Source: Octopus vulgaris
Lineage: Eukaryota
Assembly: GCA_951406725.2 (NCBI GenBank)
Contig: OX597827.1
Location: 73,222,001 to 73,286,000, forward strand
Length of the DNA stretch: 64,000 nucleotides
Reading direction: 5' to 3'
Made by a program: the position numbers and the translations under genes. Below, one piece after another: positions 1 to 12,169 of the stretch (positions are counted from its first letter, which is position 1; every line of letters begins with the position of its first letter). The notes below the pieces were generated by a model. The model was not told the DNA's origin, ran no database searches, and worked only from the letters and a program-made list of their open reading frames with translations.

Positions 1-576
1 CACACACAGATATATATCAAGCAAAATATCTCGTTCTAAAATTCATAAACGAGATTATAAGTAGCAACAATATTAGACGGTATCTTTTTTTGCCACTGTA
101 ACATAACTGTTCTATCAGTGGCTGATCTCGTAAAATGCAAAAGTACCATAGTGAGATTCGTTTTAATCTTGTTCGAGGTATTTGTATCTTAACACGTTTT
201 ACACCAGAAAAATAGTCAGGCAGTGACGTCCCCTGGCTGGCTTGTATTTTTAACAAAACTTGTACCTTTAAGAAATTTCTGGTAGAAATATATTATCCTG
301 TGTTCTTCAGAGTTGTAACTTGCTGATGAAGCCCTAGCAGATGATTAAAACTTTGATCCCAAATTTTCTGTTCATAAAGATAATACATATAAAGACAAGG
401 GTTTTTACATGTAGCTATTATACACAATAGAGGCTAAAATCTATAGATAAATCCTGTAGTACATTATAGCACTGAAACAAAACACTTTGAACTCACTAGT
501 AATACCTCAATTGAAGCATCTGCCAACACTGTCTTATATGAAATTTTATTTTTATAATTCACTTAAGGCTTTAGTA

Positions 577-736
577 AGGAGTGGCTGTGTGGAAAGTAGC
601 TTGTTTACCAGCCACATGGTTCCAGGTTCAGTCCCACTGCGTGGGACCTTGGGCAAGTTTCTTCTACTATAGCCTCGGGCCGACCAAAGCCTTGTAAGTA
701 GATTTGGTAGACGGAAACTGAAAGAAGCCCGTCGTA

Positions 737-825
<89 letters not shown>

Positions 826-1028
826 TTGTGTGTCTGTGTTTGTCCCCCTAGCATTGCTTGACAACCGATGCTGGTGTGTTTATGTCCCCGTTACTTAGCG
901 GTTCGGCAAAAGAGACCGATAGAATAAGTACTGGGCTTACAAAGAATAAGTCCCGGGGTCGAGTTGCTCGATTAAAGTCGGTGCCCCAGCATGGCCGCAG
1001 TCAAATGACTGAAACAAGTAAAAGAGTA
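577..1028 (+). mobile_element. tRNA-derived SINE family B (CORE-like ACCTTGGGCAAGT segment, internal (TA)n(TG)n tract)
   Basis: A/B-box-like head TGGCTGTGTGG..GGTTCAGTCCC. Homologous copies at 32030-32430 (-), 25263-26068 (+, interrupted) and 27850-27970 (+, partial); tail fragments near 58376 and 63286. Confidence 0.8.
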
Positions 1029-1332
1029 ACAGAGAGAGGGGACTAATTAGCGATATCTTGGTAATTTATCTGGCACACTAGCAATTCCGCTACTTCGTCA
1101 CCCTTTATTTGGATTTAGCCAGAAGGCTTGCAATTTAATGCGGAGGTGATTAGTCGATAATATCAATCTCAACACTAAGCTGTCAATTTATTTCATCATC
1201 TCTGGAAGGATGAATAGTAAATTTGGCTTCGTCGCGATTTGAACTCAGATGGTAAAGAGCCGGGATAAATGCGACAAATCATTTTTATGACGCTCTAACG
1301 ATTCTGGCGCCCCATCGTCTTATAATAAAGAG

Positions 1333-1396
1333 GATGATGTTGTTGATGATGATGATGATGATGACGATGATGATGATGATGATGATGATGAAGATA

Positions 1397-1480
<84 letters not shown>

Positions 1481-1487
1481 TTGATGA
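1333..1487 (+). repeat. (GAT)n microsatellite between two minus-strand SINE remnants
   Basis: Direct reading; explains the poly-Met ORF. Confidence 0.95.
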
Positions 1488-2015
1488 GTTTTTGTTTGCC
1501 GCAGGGGCGTCGGATTAGTGGGGATGGTTTCTGACTTAGTAAAAGACCAGTAAAATTTCGAGGTTTTGAGGGGTGGGGATGAGCTAGTTCGATACCATCA
1601 ACTCCAGTATTTAACTGGTACTTTATTCTGTCGACGAATGGAGGGACGAATGTTACAATTTACTTAGGTGGAATTTGAATGATTAAAGAACCTGTCTTTC
1701 CATTTCTGTTTGCCGAAACCCCAAAACACCCAGCAACGACTACCATGGAATTCAAACGAATATAAGAATTGCAAGAGAGTGACTGACTGAAAAAGATTAA
1801 GATCGACGACGACGAAGCGAAATGGAATTTTCTTCTTCAGATTTGACAGTGTAATTAAAATAAGAGTGATGTGTAAAATAGTTATTTCAGCTTAGCCTGA
1901 GGCAGTCGTGTGAGTTATTCATCAGAACTGTTTCACTTGTGAAAGACCTTAACCTATACTATTAGCATATTACCGCAGGCCAATCAAAGAGACTCTCTCT
2001 CATAGTGGGAAACAG

Positions 2016-2019
<4 letters not shown>

Positions 2020-2063
<44 letters not shown>

Positions 2064-2146
2064 AGAGAGAGAGAGAGAGAGTAAGAGAGAAAGAGAGAGA
2101 GAGAAGGGAAAGAAAGAAAAAGAGAAGGAGAGAGAGAGAGAGAGAT
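2020..2146 (+). repeat. (GA)n polypurine tract
   Basis: Direct reading. Confidence 0.9.
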
Positions 2147-2656
2147 AAAACGATCAATTTACAAACTGTACATTTCTTTAAATAGCCACCGAATCCTTAT
2201 TTGACTTGGTCGATGAGCTAGATTTAATAAAAACAACTGCTTCTATTCTGGTTTAAAACAACATGCATGTCCTCATGCAACAAAATTCCATCCTATATGA
2301 TTGCCTAGTTTTCTATTAGTTTAATAATAATATTGATGACATCTTTTTCCGTTTTTGTTGGCCAGAAGGGTCCAAGGCATTGGTGCGGAAAATGCAAAGG
2401 AGAACAACAAGCAAGAAACAATGGGATATTTGCACCAAAATGAAGAAGTGAGATAAAGAACAACAGTACAAGCATATAATACCAAGAGTAGGGTACAACA
2501 AAATAAGACACAGAAAGGAGCAACGGAAGAGGAAGGACCACAAAGGAAGATTGAAGGTATTCCACACACAATAGCGGATTACTTTGGCAGAAAAGCAGAT
2601 ACCTTTTGGTGCTTACTGCCAATCTACAACCATCCATATAGTTATAGTATACTATA

Positions 2657-3036
2657 CACTTGCGTCAGAAATTAATTAGCACTTCTCAAATTTCTACATT
2701 AAATAGGTTAAATCAATTAACCTATGAGCTGTTCAAAACGTCTTACGCGATGAGAAAACTTAGTATGGTGTGATTTCGGTCCTTGCGAGGCGCTACCTAT
2801 ATCTATTAAACAAAGGAAGATTTGTCCGCATCCGCACTCCAAGTTGTTGTTGCACTGCTATGTCAACATCATAAGGCTGTAGACTCTCAAACTGCTCTGC
2901 AAACAAAGTTACGTCATCGTTCTGCGCAACAGTGAACTCGCAACAAAGCAATAGTTCGAGATATGGCCACTAGGTGACAGCACATACCTTGAGTGAAGAG
3001 CAAATCATGGGTGCTAATTAATTTCTGACGGTAGTG
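2657..3036. mobile_element. Tc1/mariner-type MITE, 380 bp
   Basis: 26-bp TIRs CACTTGCGTCAGAAATTAATTAGCAC / GTGCTAATTAATTTCTGACGGTAGTG, flanked by TA on both sides. Confidence 0.85.
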
Positions 3037-3662
3037 TATATCAAATCAATAGTACACTTGACATAGAATTTACTGTAGAGCATCACCATCTCCATTATTA
3101 ACCTTTCCTTACACCTCAAGTGACGCTTGAAGTAGTTTATGAGGTGTTGGCCTGAGAAGACAAGCTCAGTTTTCATATTTTTTTAAGTACGTACTCTTCA
3201 CGGTGTCCTTTACTTTGGCTGATAGGGAGAGAGGAAGTCGGCCAAGTCTCCCATAAAAAAGGCTGAAGGTGGCTCGCTTAATAACCGGGTCCGCCCTATG
3301 ATGTAATAATAAATGTTCGATATTTATCTATAGGCCAATAATACACGAACAAATAACGAATGCTTAACAGACGGTTCGATCATTCTGCGCGTACCTTGAT
3401 TAGGTCAGTTGTTTAAGAGAATTTTCATAGAAGTATTAGAGAAAATATCTCCATAGAAATGCCTATGCCTATAACTAAATCTGTTCTGCTTTAACACTGT
3501 AGAAAGTTTCTGATAGAAAAAAAAGGAATCTGTACAGTTGTCAAACTAAATAAAAATAATTTGTTATTGACATTACTTCAGCTTATATATACATTCATAT
3601 ATTATCGTTTAAAATTACTACATTGCGGCAATTTCGACATTTTAAATAAATGTAGCTATTAC

Positions 3663-3824
3663 CATACATACATACATACATACATACATACATACATACA
3701 TACATACATACATACATACATACATACTTAAATACATACACACATACATACATACATACATACATACATACATACATACATACATACATACATACATACA
3801 TACATACATACATACATACATACA

Positions 3825-3855
<31 letters not shown>
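3663..3855 (+). repeat. (CATA)n microsatellite
   Basis: Direct reading. Confidence 0.95.
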
Positions 3856-3858
<3 letters not shown>

Positions 3859-4599
3859 CTCACGTATATGTTTGTATTACATACAAAGACACCACACGAT
3901 GTACAGCAGCAATGACCTTTTAATCTCGATATTTTGCTGCAAATGGAACTTGATCTGGTATAGCTTTCGCTATTAAATATACTCCACCTTTGACTCTCGT
4001 TTGGGAATAGTTTCCACAGATGCATTTGGTTAAGGGGTCTTTCCTTTATAACTTTTTCAGATTGTTCAAACACTAGCGTCTTCTTCTGGCGTTCCATTCT
4101 TGTATCGTTCGCTCATGTTGATTCTGATTCTTTTATGAAAACAGATGTTTCTGAAATTAAAGCAAAGCCTAAAGTTTGTGGTATATTTGGGAAATTGGGG
4201 AAATTTTGCTGTTAATTTCTATATTTCTATTTTATAGAAAAATGGCTTGTTTGCTTCCGTTTCTATAAATTCTTTATTAAAAATGGCGTGTGTTCAATTG
4301 ATTTTGTGGATAAATGCGAGGTCCGCGCTTGTTTGTTTCCCTTCATTTGAGTCATTCGCAAAATCCATCAAAATTAGAGATACAGTCTTTGTATTATTAA
4401 TAACAGTTTCTGTATACTATTGATGCATCTCATGATTTGGTTTGTACATTATATCATTAACACCGGTTACTATTCACTTAGCACAAATAATTTTTCAAAC
4501 ATTTTCTTGATTGCTCATTGTTCACATAGTCAGTAGAAGCGACAAAATGACAATTCAGTTTTGATTTCAAATTAAATCCATACAATAGCATTTTGTTTT

Positions 4600-5050
4600 T
4601 GTCTCCTGTACATTTTTGGAGCAGGAAGAGTGCCTAGATACGAGTCAGAAATTCGTTTTTAGTGGCTTGGTCAGTGAACGAGATGATCCAGGATGTATCT
4701 CAAACTGCAAAAGTTGAAGTCTTTAAGACGCCGCGCTTGTTTATATATGTCGCTCCGAAACTTGCTGTGATAAAGCAGAATGTCAGTGATATAGGCTCCG
4801 CAGATAGAAACCTCGGCATGCACCATGATCTCAGAGGCTATTATTACTAACTTGGCTAGTGTTGCGAGCTGTTCTTTCAATACATGCGTTGGTTTCAGAA
4901 AGTGCAAAGAACCGAGATTTGTGAACTGGTGGAGTATCTCTAGTCCGCAGATGTAAATGATTATGGCAGGAGAATGCTCAATACATTGGCCCAGCATTGT
5001 CGTTGCTTTGACACTGGTGATAATCAAGCTGATATCTTGGCAGGGATTCA
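4600..5050 (-). mobile_element. RTE-clade LINE RT remnant
   Basis: Translation LEILHQFTNLGS ... RRLKDFNFCSLRYIL resembles RTE 'LEVV..FTYLGS' and 'RRL..FH.RCLR.IL'. Confidence 0.55.
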
Positions 5051-6050
5051 GAAATTCAGAGATATTTCATAAGGTCTTTCACCCGCTTTTCTGACATATT
5101 GTTAATGGCATTTGACGGAAATAGCATCAAAATCACCCTCAAGTCACACCCAACATTGTTATGCAGTTATATATATATATATATATTTCAGGGGCTGGGG
5201 AGTGGTACTTTATCGACCCAAAAGGATGAAAGGCAAAGTCGTCCTCGACGGAATTTGAACGCAGATCATAAAGGCGGACGAAATGCTGCTAAGTATTTCA
5301 TCCGGCGTGCTAACGATCCTGCCAACTTACAGCCTTATCTGTAGTAAATAACATTAGAAAGATTTTACAAAGCTTATCCTTAGCGGTGATCCTATATCTG
5401 TGCTACTCATTCTTATAATAACTTACTGAAAGATAGTGGTTGTATGGATGGAACACATTACACTGAGAACAATACTAATACTCACAAACGCTAAAATAGG
5501 GGGACAAAATAGTATATGGTATGGGGGGACGAAATAGTATATGGCATAGGGGGGCGAAATAGTATATGGTATATATTATATAATTATACGGTATACTCAT
5601 CCTTATAATTTAAACTTCGTAAACATCATCTTTGCCCCGTAGACTGCAGTTAATTTAAAATATTTAATGGATAATAATTTAAAATGAGATATAAAATGAG
5701 TTTAGTGAAAGACTTTGCAGGCTTTTTATCCAGTGTCAACTAAAGAAACCATTTCAGTACAAATATACAAAATTCTCCTCATCTTTATGATAGCAACAAT
5801 CTTAATATCTGTCTTTTTACAGCATTTGTATGTCATTTTAAGGCCACTCTTGCTGATGACAGTGAAACAAATAGTCATATATATGAGGGTCGATTAAAAA
5901 ATTTCGTCGCAGTTAAGTTTTCAAATGTATCTGGCGTAGAATATAGCGTAACATTGATAATCGGGAAATCAACAGATTCATAACAATAAACAATTCTACT
6001 ATGTTAATAGTGTCAGAAATTATGATCTCTGCTTCTTATAACAACTGTGA

Positions 6051-6432
6051 GGAGGCGCAATGGCCCAGTGGTTAGGGCAGCGGACTCGCGGTCGTAGGAT
6101 CGCGGTTTCGATTCCCAGACCGGGCGTTGTGAGTGTTTATTGAGCGAAAACACCTAAAGCTCCACGAGGCTCCGGCAGGGATGGTGGTGATCCCTGCTGT
6201 ACCCTTTCACCACAACTTTCTCTCACTCTTACTTCCTGTTTCTGTTGTACCTGTATTTCAAACGGCCGGCCTTGTCACTCTCTGTGTCACGCTGAATATC
6301 CCCGAGAACTACGTTAAGGGTACACGTGTCTGTGGAGTGCTCAGCCACTTACACGTTAATTTCACGAGCAGGCTGTTCCGTTGATCGGATCAACCGGAAC
6401 CCTAATCGTCGTAACCGACGGAGTGCTTCAAG
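6051..6432 (+). mobile_element. Full-length young tRNA-derived SINE (family A) with 13-bp TSD
   Basis: A box TGGCCCAGTGG, B box GTTTCGATTCC; ATAACAACTGTGA duplicated at 6038-6050 and 6433-6445. Confidence 0.9.
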
Positions 6433-7324
6433 ATAACAACTGTGAATTACACAATGGGGTTACAAAGCAATTTGAATTACAGAAGAACCTTTTCGAATTG
6501 TAAGTCACAGTTACTTCTTTTACAATTTTAAACAAAAGATAAGAATTGTTGAAATATTCAAACACACCCAAGATTGTTTATTTGACCAAAACACAACTGG
6601 TTAACAAAGCTTGTTTGCCACATAATGAACTTATTATAACCAGAAAGATAGTTATATAATAAAGAATGAAACAAAGCATTAATTTATTCATCAAGGATAT
6701 CCGCTTTGTGTCCTTTAGTGTATTTCTAACATATGAGATCGAAAACCAGAAAATATAACGTTTTGCATTAAAATAAATAAAATGAGGAAGTCATCGCTCG
6801 TTGCATGTATGACAATTGCGCTTATGAATACGTGACACATTTTCAAATATTTATCTTGTTATTTAATAAAACCTATTTGCGATTATATATTATTACACTG
6901 CTGTTTTAATAAATAAATGGTAACGTGAAACTCTGAGTTACGTTTCACGAAGCTTCTGACTACACGAAATATATACATACGACTTCTTGTATAGGGTCTT
7001 TATAGCATTCAACAATCCACATGCACAATGCACGTCCATTTCAGAAACAAACACCCATAGGAACACTAACACACTTTTATACACACCTGCTTTCTTCCAA
7101 GGAATCTAATGATCTTAGCTTAGTTTTTCCTTGGGGTTGGCCAGATTGGAGCGATCTCGAGTATAACCAGCCAAAATTGCAAAGACAATCTGGAACTCGA
7201 CTGAGGAAAGAAAACTCCGAACGAACCGTCCTTGTTTTTTTGTATCATCTGTCTGGATGTTTTGTTGTCTCTTTCTTGTATCACCTATCTGAATGTTTTC
7301 CGTTCTTGTCCCATTTTGTACATA

Positions 7325-7663
7325 TCTATATATCATTTTTTATTCCATTTTAATGCATAATTTTTCGTGTGTCGATGGCGGCGGAGTTGGCGTCCACGCT
7401 CAAACACCTGCACCTGTGTTTGCTTCTCCCCCTTCTTCCCTCCCTCGTGAAGCTGTGGGGAAGGGAGTTTAAGGAAATCAACGTCATAATGCGTTGTCAA
7501 GGAGACCAGCGTTCTTTTAGAACAACGACTTCATGGCTTGAAGACACCAAAACAGAAATGGCTAAGAAAGCCCGAATTGGCATCTATAAAGGAAGTAACT
7601 CTCTAAAAATGCTTATATAGTTATTTCCCTTACAAACCCGAGCAACGCCGGGCGATACTGCTA

Positions 7664-7664
<1 letters not shown>
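7325..7664 (+). mobile_element. Non-autonomous Helitron (3' end well supported, 5' end tentative)
   Basis: GC hairpin CCCG-AGCAACGC-CGGG at 7637-7652, then CTAG|T at 7661-7665; candidate A|TCTATATAT start at 7325. Confidence 0.65.
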
Positions 7665-7705
<41 letters not shown>

Positions 7706-7782
7706 GCTTACATACATACATACACACACACAGACAGACACACACACACACACACATATATATATACACACACATACATACA

Positions 7783-7818
<36 letters not shown>

Positions 7819-8781
7819 TGTATCTATCTATATATCTATCTATCTTACAAGAGACAAGAGACGTGAGTGTGTGTATATGTGTATTTGTGTGTATTTCTTT
7901 GGCTACCTATCCCAGTGAACCATCCATCATTGTCTAATATACATTGTGTACAACGGAAATGTTCTATTTTCGCTCGTAATTAGGCATTCAACAAAACACA
8001 CACAATTGAACGGGAAGCCGTCAGTTCACAAGAGACCAAGTAAAATAGAACTGAAGATTGTCCAACATGCTTACACGTTCATAAATTCCCGAATGTTTTT
8101 CTTCTTGTCTTCATCTCAAAAGACTTCCTTCTAAAATGAGCAAATGAAAACTGCTGGGAGTTCTTATTCACGAAAGCAAAATGTCTTCCTATGTCGGAAT
8201 ACGTATATAAGCGTATATGTCATGTGAATGTGTGAGCGTGTATTTTTGTATATTTGTGTGTGTGTGTGTGTGTGTGTTTGCGCGCGTTGAAGTGTTTTAT
8301 GTATGTGTGTGTGCTTTGCGTGTGTGTGTGTGTGTGTGTGTGCTTCTAAGTGTTTTGTGTATTTGTAAGTGTGTTTATATATATTCCCTTTTCCACCGTT
8401 CCATATAGAGACGGACAGAAACACATTCACACGCGCGTGCACGTGCTCCCACACGTTCACACACATTTTGTATATATTCATGTTTAAAAAAAGTGGGAAA
8501 AAATCACAATTTCAGTAAATTCTTCAGAGAAGTCACGAGATTAGTTTTGTAGCAGTCATTGTTTATTAAGTATTTGTGTGTGTGTGTGTGTGTGTGCAGC
8601 ACACATATGTATGTGTGCGTACACATACATTCATACATACTACATATAGACACGAACTCATATCTACTTGTAAAGAAGTATTATTCATTCTTTTTCAATG
8701 ACATTACAAAAGCAGAGAGTAATCCAAATTATAAAAATAATTAGAAGATATCGATTCTATCAATAATATATGTCAAACCTT

Positions 8782-9014
8782 AGGGCGGCGAGCTGGCAGA
8801 ACCGTTAGCACGCCGGGCGAATTGCGTAGCCGTATTTCGTCTGCCGTTACGTTCTGAGTTCAAATTCCGCCGAGGTGGACTTTGCCTTTCATCATTTCGG
8901 GGTTGGTTAAATAAGTACCAGTTACGGACTGGAGTCGATGTAATCGACTTAATCTCGTTGTCTGTTCTTGTTTGTCCCCTCTATGTTTAGCCCCTTGTGA
9001 GCAACAAAGAAATA
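8782..9014 (+). mobile_element. tRNA-derived SINE family C (most abundant here), full copy with TSD
   Basis: Head GGCGGCGAGCTGGCAGAA, B-box-like GAGTTCAAATTCC, core GACTTTGCCTTTCATCCTTTCGGGGTCGAT; TSD AATATATGTCAAAYCTT at 8765 and 9015. Other copies near 1150-1310, 1540-1680, 5195-5335, 9430-9530, 13430-13640, 13934-14168, 37800-37960, 59612-59780, 61590-61750 and 62180-62395. Confidence 0.85.
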
Positions 9015-9924
9015 AATATATGTCAAATCTTTTAATTAAGAAACTCTCTTTGTTAGCTGCTAACGTATTTGTAATACGACGGCTGCACGAAATACAAAAG
9101 CAGTGGGGGAATGTTAACGGGAAGGTGTCCGGAGAAGGAAGAACCGAGCGAAGTTGTCCGCTGGAGGCCTGGAGTTGGATATAAGGTGATATAAATGTGA
9201 CGTGAGCCGAGATGAGCTTGACTGGTGAGGGTACGAAACCGGCCATAGCTGAGGCGTAAAGGCCGCTAAAACATTAGAAACGGCATTGTGCAGTGATGAT
9301 ATAAATGCGGGTCAGAAGTTGGAGTGATCAAAAGAGAATTAATGTTCATCAGTACCGGGTTTTGAACTCAGAGATGGACTTTCACACTGTATCGTATTTA
9401 CACCAGGCATTTCTTTTACGGCGATTTTGTTATTCTTCTCTACACTAGGCACACGGCTCGAAATTTTTCAGCGGGGGATCAGTCGATTAGATCGACCCCA
9501 GTACGCAAAGGATGAAAGGCAAAGTAGACCACACGGGGCGATTTTATTATTAAAAATCTGTTTAATGATTCTCTAGCAGGGTATTATGCTACACTTTTTT
9601 GGGAAGAAGTGTGTGTGTGCGCGCGCAAGGGCAAATTTGTGTGTTTGTGTTATGATTTTTTGTTGTTGTTTTTTCAAGAATGGATTGACAAAAAATGTGG
9701 TAGCAACCAGTTGTTATTAGGATTAGCTGAAAAGCGCATCTCACTTTGGAAATAAGCCTGAATGGAATACAGTAAATAATGAGCCATAAACCGAAACCAA
9801 GCTTTGCAAGTGTGCAATGTGATGCAGCAGAGACCAAAATTCTCTAACGATTCTTAAGCTAAAAACTTAACAGACCGCCGTTTGATCAACATAGCACAGG
9901 GTCAACTGGTTAGCGAAACTAAAG

Positions 9925-11165
9925 TGCATATACATAGATACATACATAGATACATACATACATACATACATACATACATACATACATACATAGAAACATA
10001 CACAGATGCATACGTACGTACATACATGCATGCATACATACATGCGTACATACATGTATGTATACATACAAACATACATACATATATTCACGAATACATA
10101 CACACATACATTCAAACATAGATACATACGTACATGCGTACATACTTACATACATGTATGCATACATACTTACATACATATATGCATACATACATGCATA
10201 CATACATACATGTACGTATACATACATAGATGCATACATACATACATACATACATACATACATACATACATACAAACATACTTATATACATGCATACATA
10301 CATTCACACATACATACATACATACATACATACATACATACATACATACATACATACATACGTGATTCGAAAACTACAGATCCAAGGCATGACGGGAACT
10401 GTAAGAATTTGTAAAACTTCCCGGAAGTTTATCATTTAAATATATATGCACATGCCTGGATGTGCAACTATATGCATAAGAATACATACATAAAACAAAA
10501 CACTAAAATCTGCACATGCACTCCCTCCAAATACTGCACATATACCACAGAAACATGCAAAAATAAAATACTCTATTGAGGTGGTTGAAATTCCAATGAA
10601 GGGGCACTTGGATCTAGGTTAGAAGCCGGTTCTGTCTCTACTTGTAAAAATCTGGAAATAAAGCTGAATAATGACATACATATATACATTTATGCATACG
10701 TGCATATATGCGTAAATACATACATACATGCATAGATACATAACGCATACATACATATATACATACATATATACATACATACATACATACATGCATACAT
10801 ACATGCATACATACATACATGCATGCATACATACATACATACATACAAACATACATACATACATGCATGCATACATACATAAATACATACATACATATAT
10901 ACATACATGCATGCATGCATGCATGCATTCATACATACATACATACATACGTGCATAAATACATACATACATGCATACATACATACATAGATACATACAT
11001 ACATGCATACATACATATATAATGCATACACACATACATACATGCATACATACATACATACGTGCATAAATACATACATACATGCATAGATACATAGATA
11101 GATACATACATGCATACATACATATATAATACATGCACACATACATACGTGCATACATACATATG
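9925..11165 (+). repeat. Two long degenerate (TACA/TGCA)n arrays (~9925-10360 and ~10670-11165)
   Basis: Direct reading; source of the many MYVC/HTYI pseudo-ORFs. Confidence 0.9.
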
Positions 11166-11652
11166 CTGCTAACATAATCACAAGTTACACGTTTTGAAGA
11201 AGGGCGTTAGTCAATTACATCGATTTCAGCCTCTGATGAATGCGTTGTTTTATCAATATCCCAAATTATTTCACAAGCATTATCCTTCACAGCCAATTTA
11301 TTTCACAAATATTTTCTTAATTTTTTCACATTAATTTGCTCCTTAAAGTTAAGCTCAAATCTCTTCTAGATATCAAAGCTGTGGTATAATTAAGGCATTT
11401 AAAACATAACAGACAAACCACATACGATATGTTGCTTCGAGTTTGTATAACCGCTGCGATTACACTTTATGGTGCATCGCTGTAGATGTTGCTGTTATTT
11501 GCTTGAAATAATGCTTGTTAGATATAAATTTTGCTTCAAGATTTGTAAAAAAGAAATAGCTTCCCTATATTCCTTCGTATCAACTAACAGTCTTTTTTTC
11601 CCCTTCATCTCTTCAACAGGTTCATAGTGGATTCAGTGTTGATAGCGTTAAT

Positions 11653-12052
11653 ATGGAACCGTTCATCACTTACGAAACCTCAATGGCTGCCATTCCTGCC
11701 AGCGAAAATGTAACACTACCAGAGAGGACCCTAATCTCTTGTTCCAACAACGACAGCGGTTATACGACAGCCAACTGCACTGAACAACAATCATACACCA
11801 TTACACCGTTAGTAACACCTCTTTATATCAAACTCTACGTTGGTTTACTGAACGGGATCATATTTTCTCTTGGTGTCAGCGGTAATATATTCGTTATATT
11901 TATTGTACTCAGCGTGAAGGAGATGCGTACACACACCAACTTCTGTCTAATCAACCTCAGTTTCACCGACCTAATCTATCTACTTGTTTGCCAACCGGCC
12001 GCCGTTCTGGATTTTTACCAAGAAGAGAAGTGGACATTGGGAGAATTCATGT
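11653..12052 (+). CDS. GPCR coding exon 1 (N-terminus, TM1-TM2, ECL1)
   Basis: ATG at 11653; N-glycosylation sequons NVT, NDS, NCT; ends ATG T|gtaagt (phase 1). An upstream acceptor (pyrimidine tract, cttcaacag| at 11619, CTAAC at 11584) implies a further 5' UTR exon. Confidence 0.92.
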
Positions 12053-12096
12053 GTAAGTAGTTAACCTACGTAATAGTGATGCTAATGATGATGGCG

Positions 12097-12169
<73 letters not shown>

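Noticed and set aside
9867-11181. Many 60-180 aa ORFs (MYVC, HTYI), and similar ORFs at 552, 3595, 18147, 29615, 30561, 33962, 53253, 56780, 62999
   Set aside because: Translations of (TA), (CA), (TACA), (TAA) and (TATC) microsatellites.
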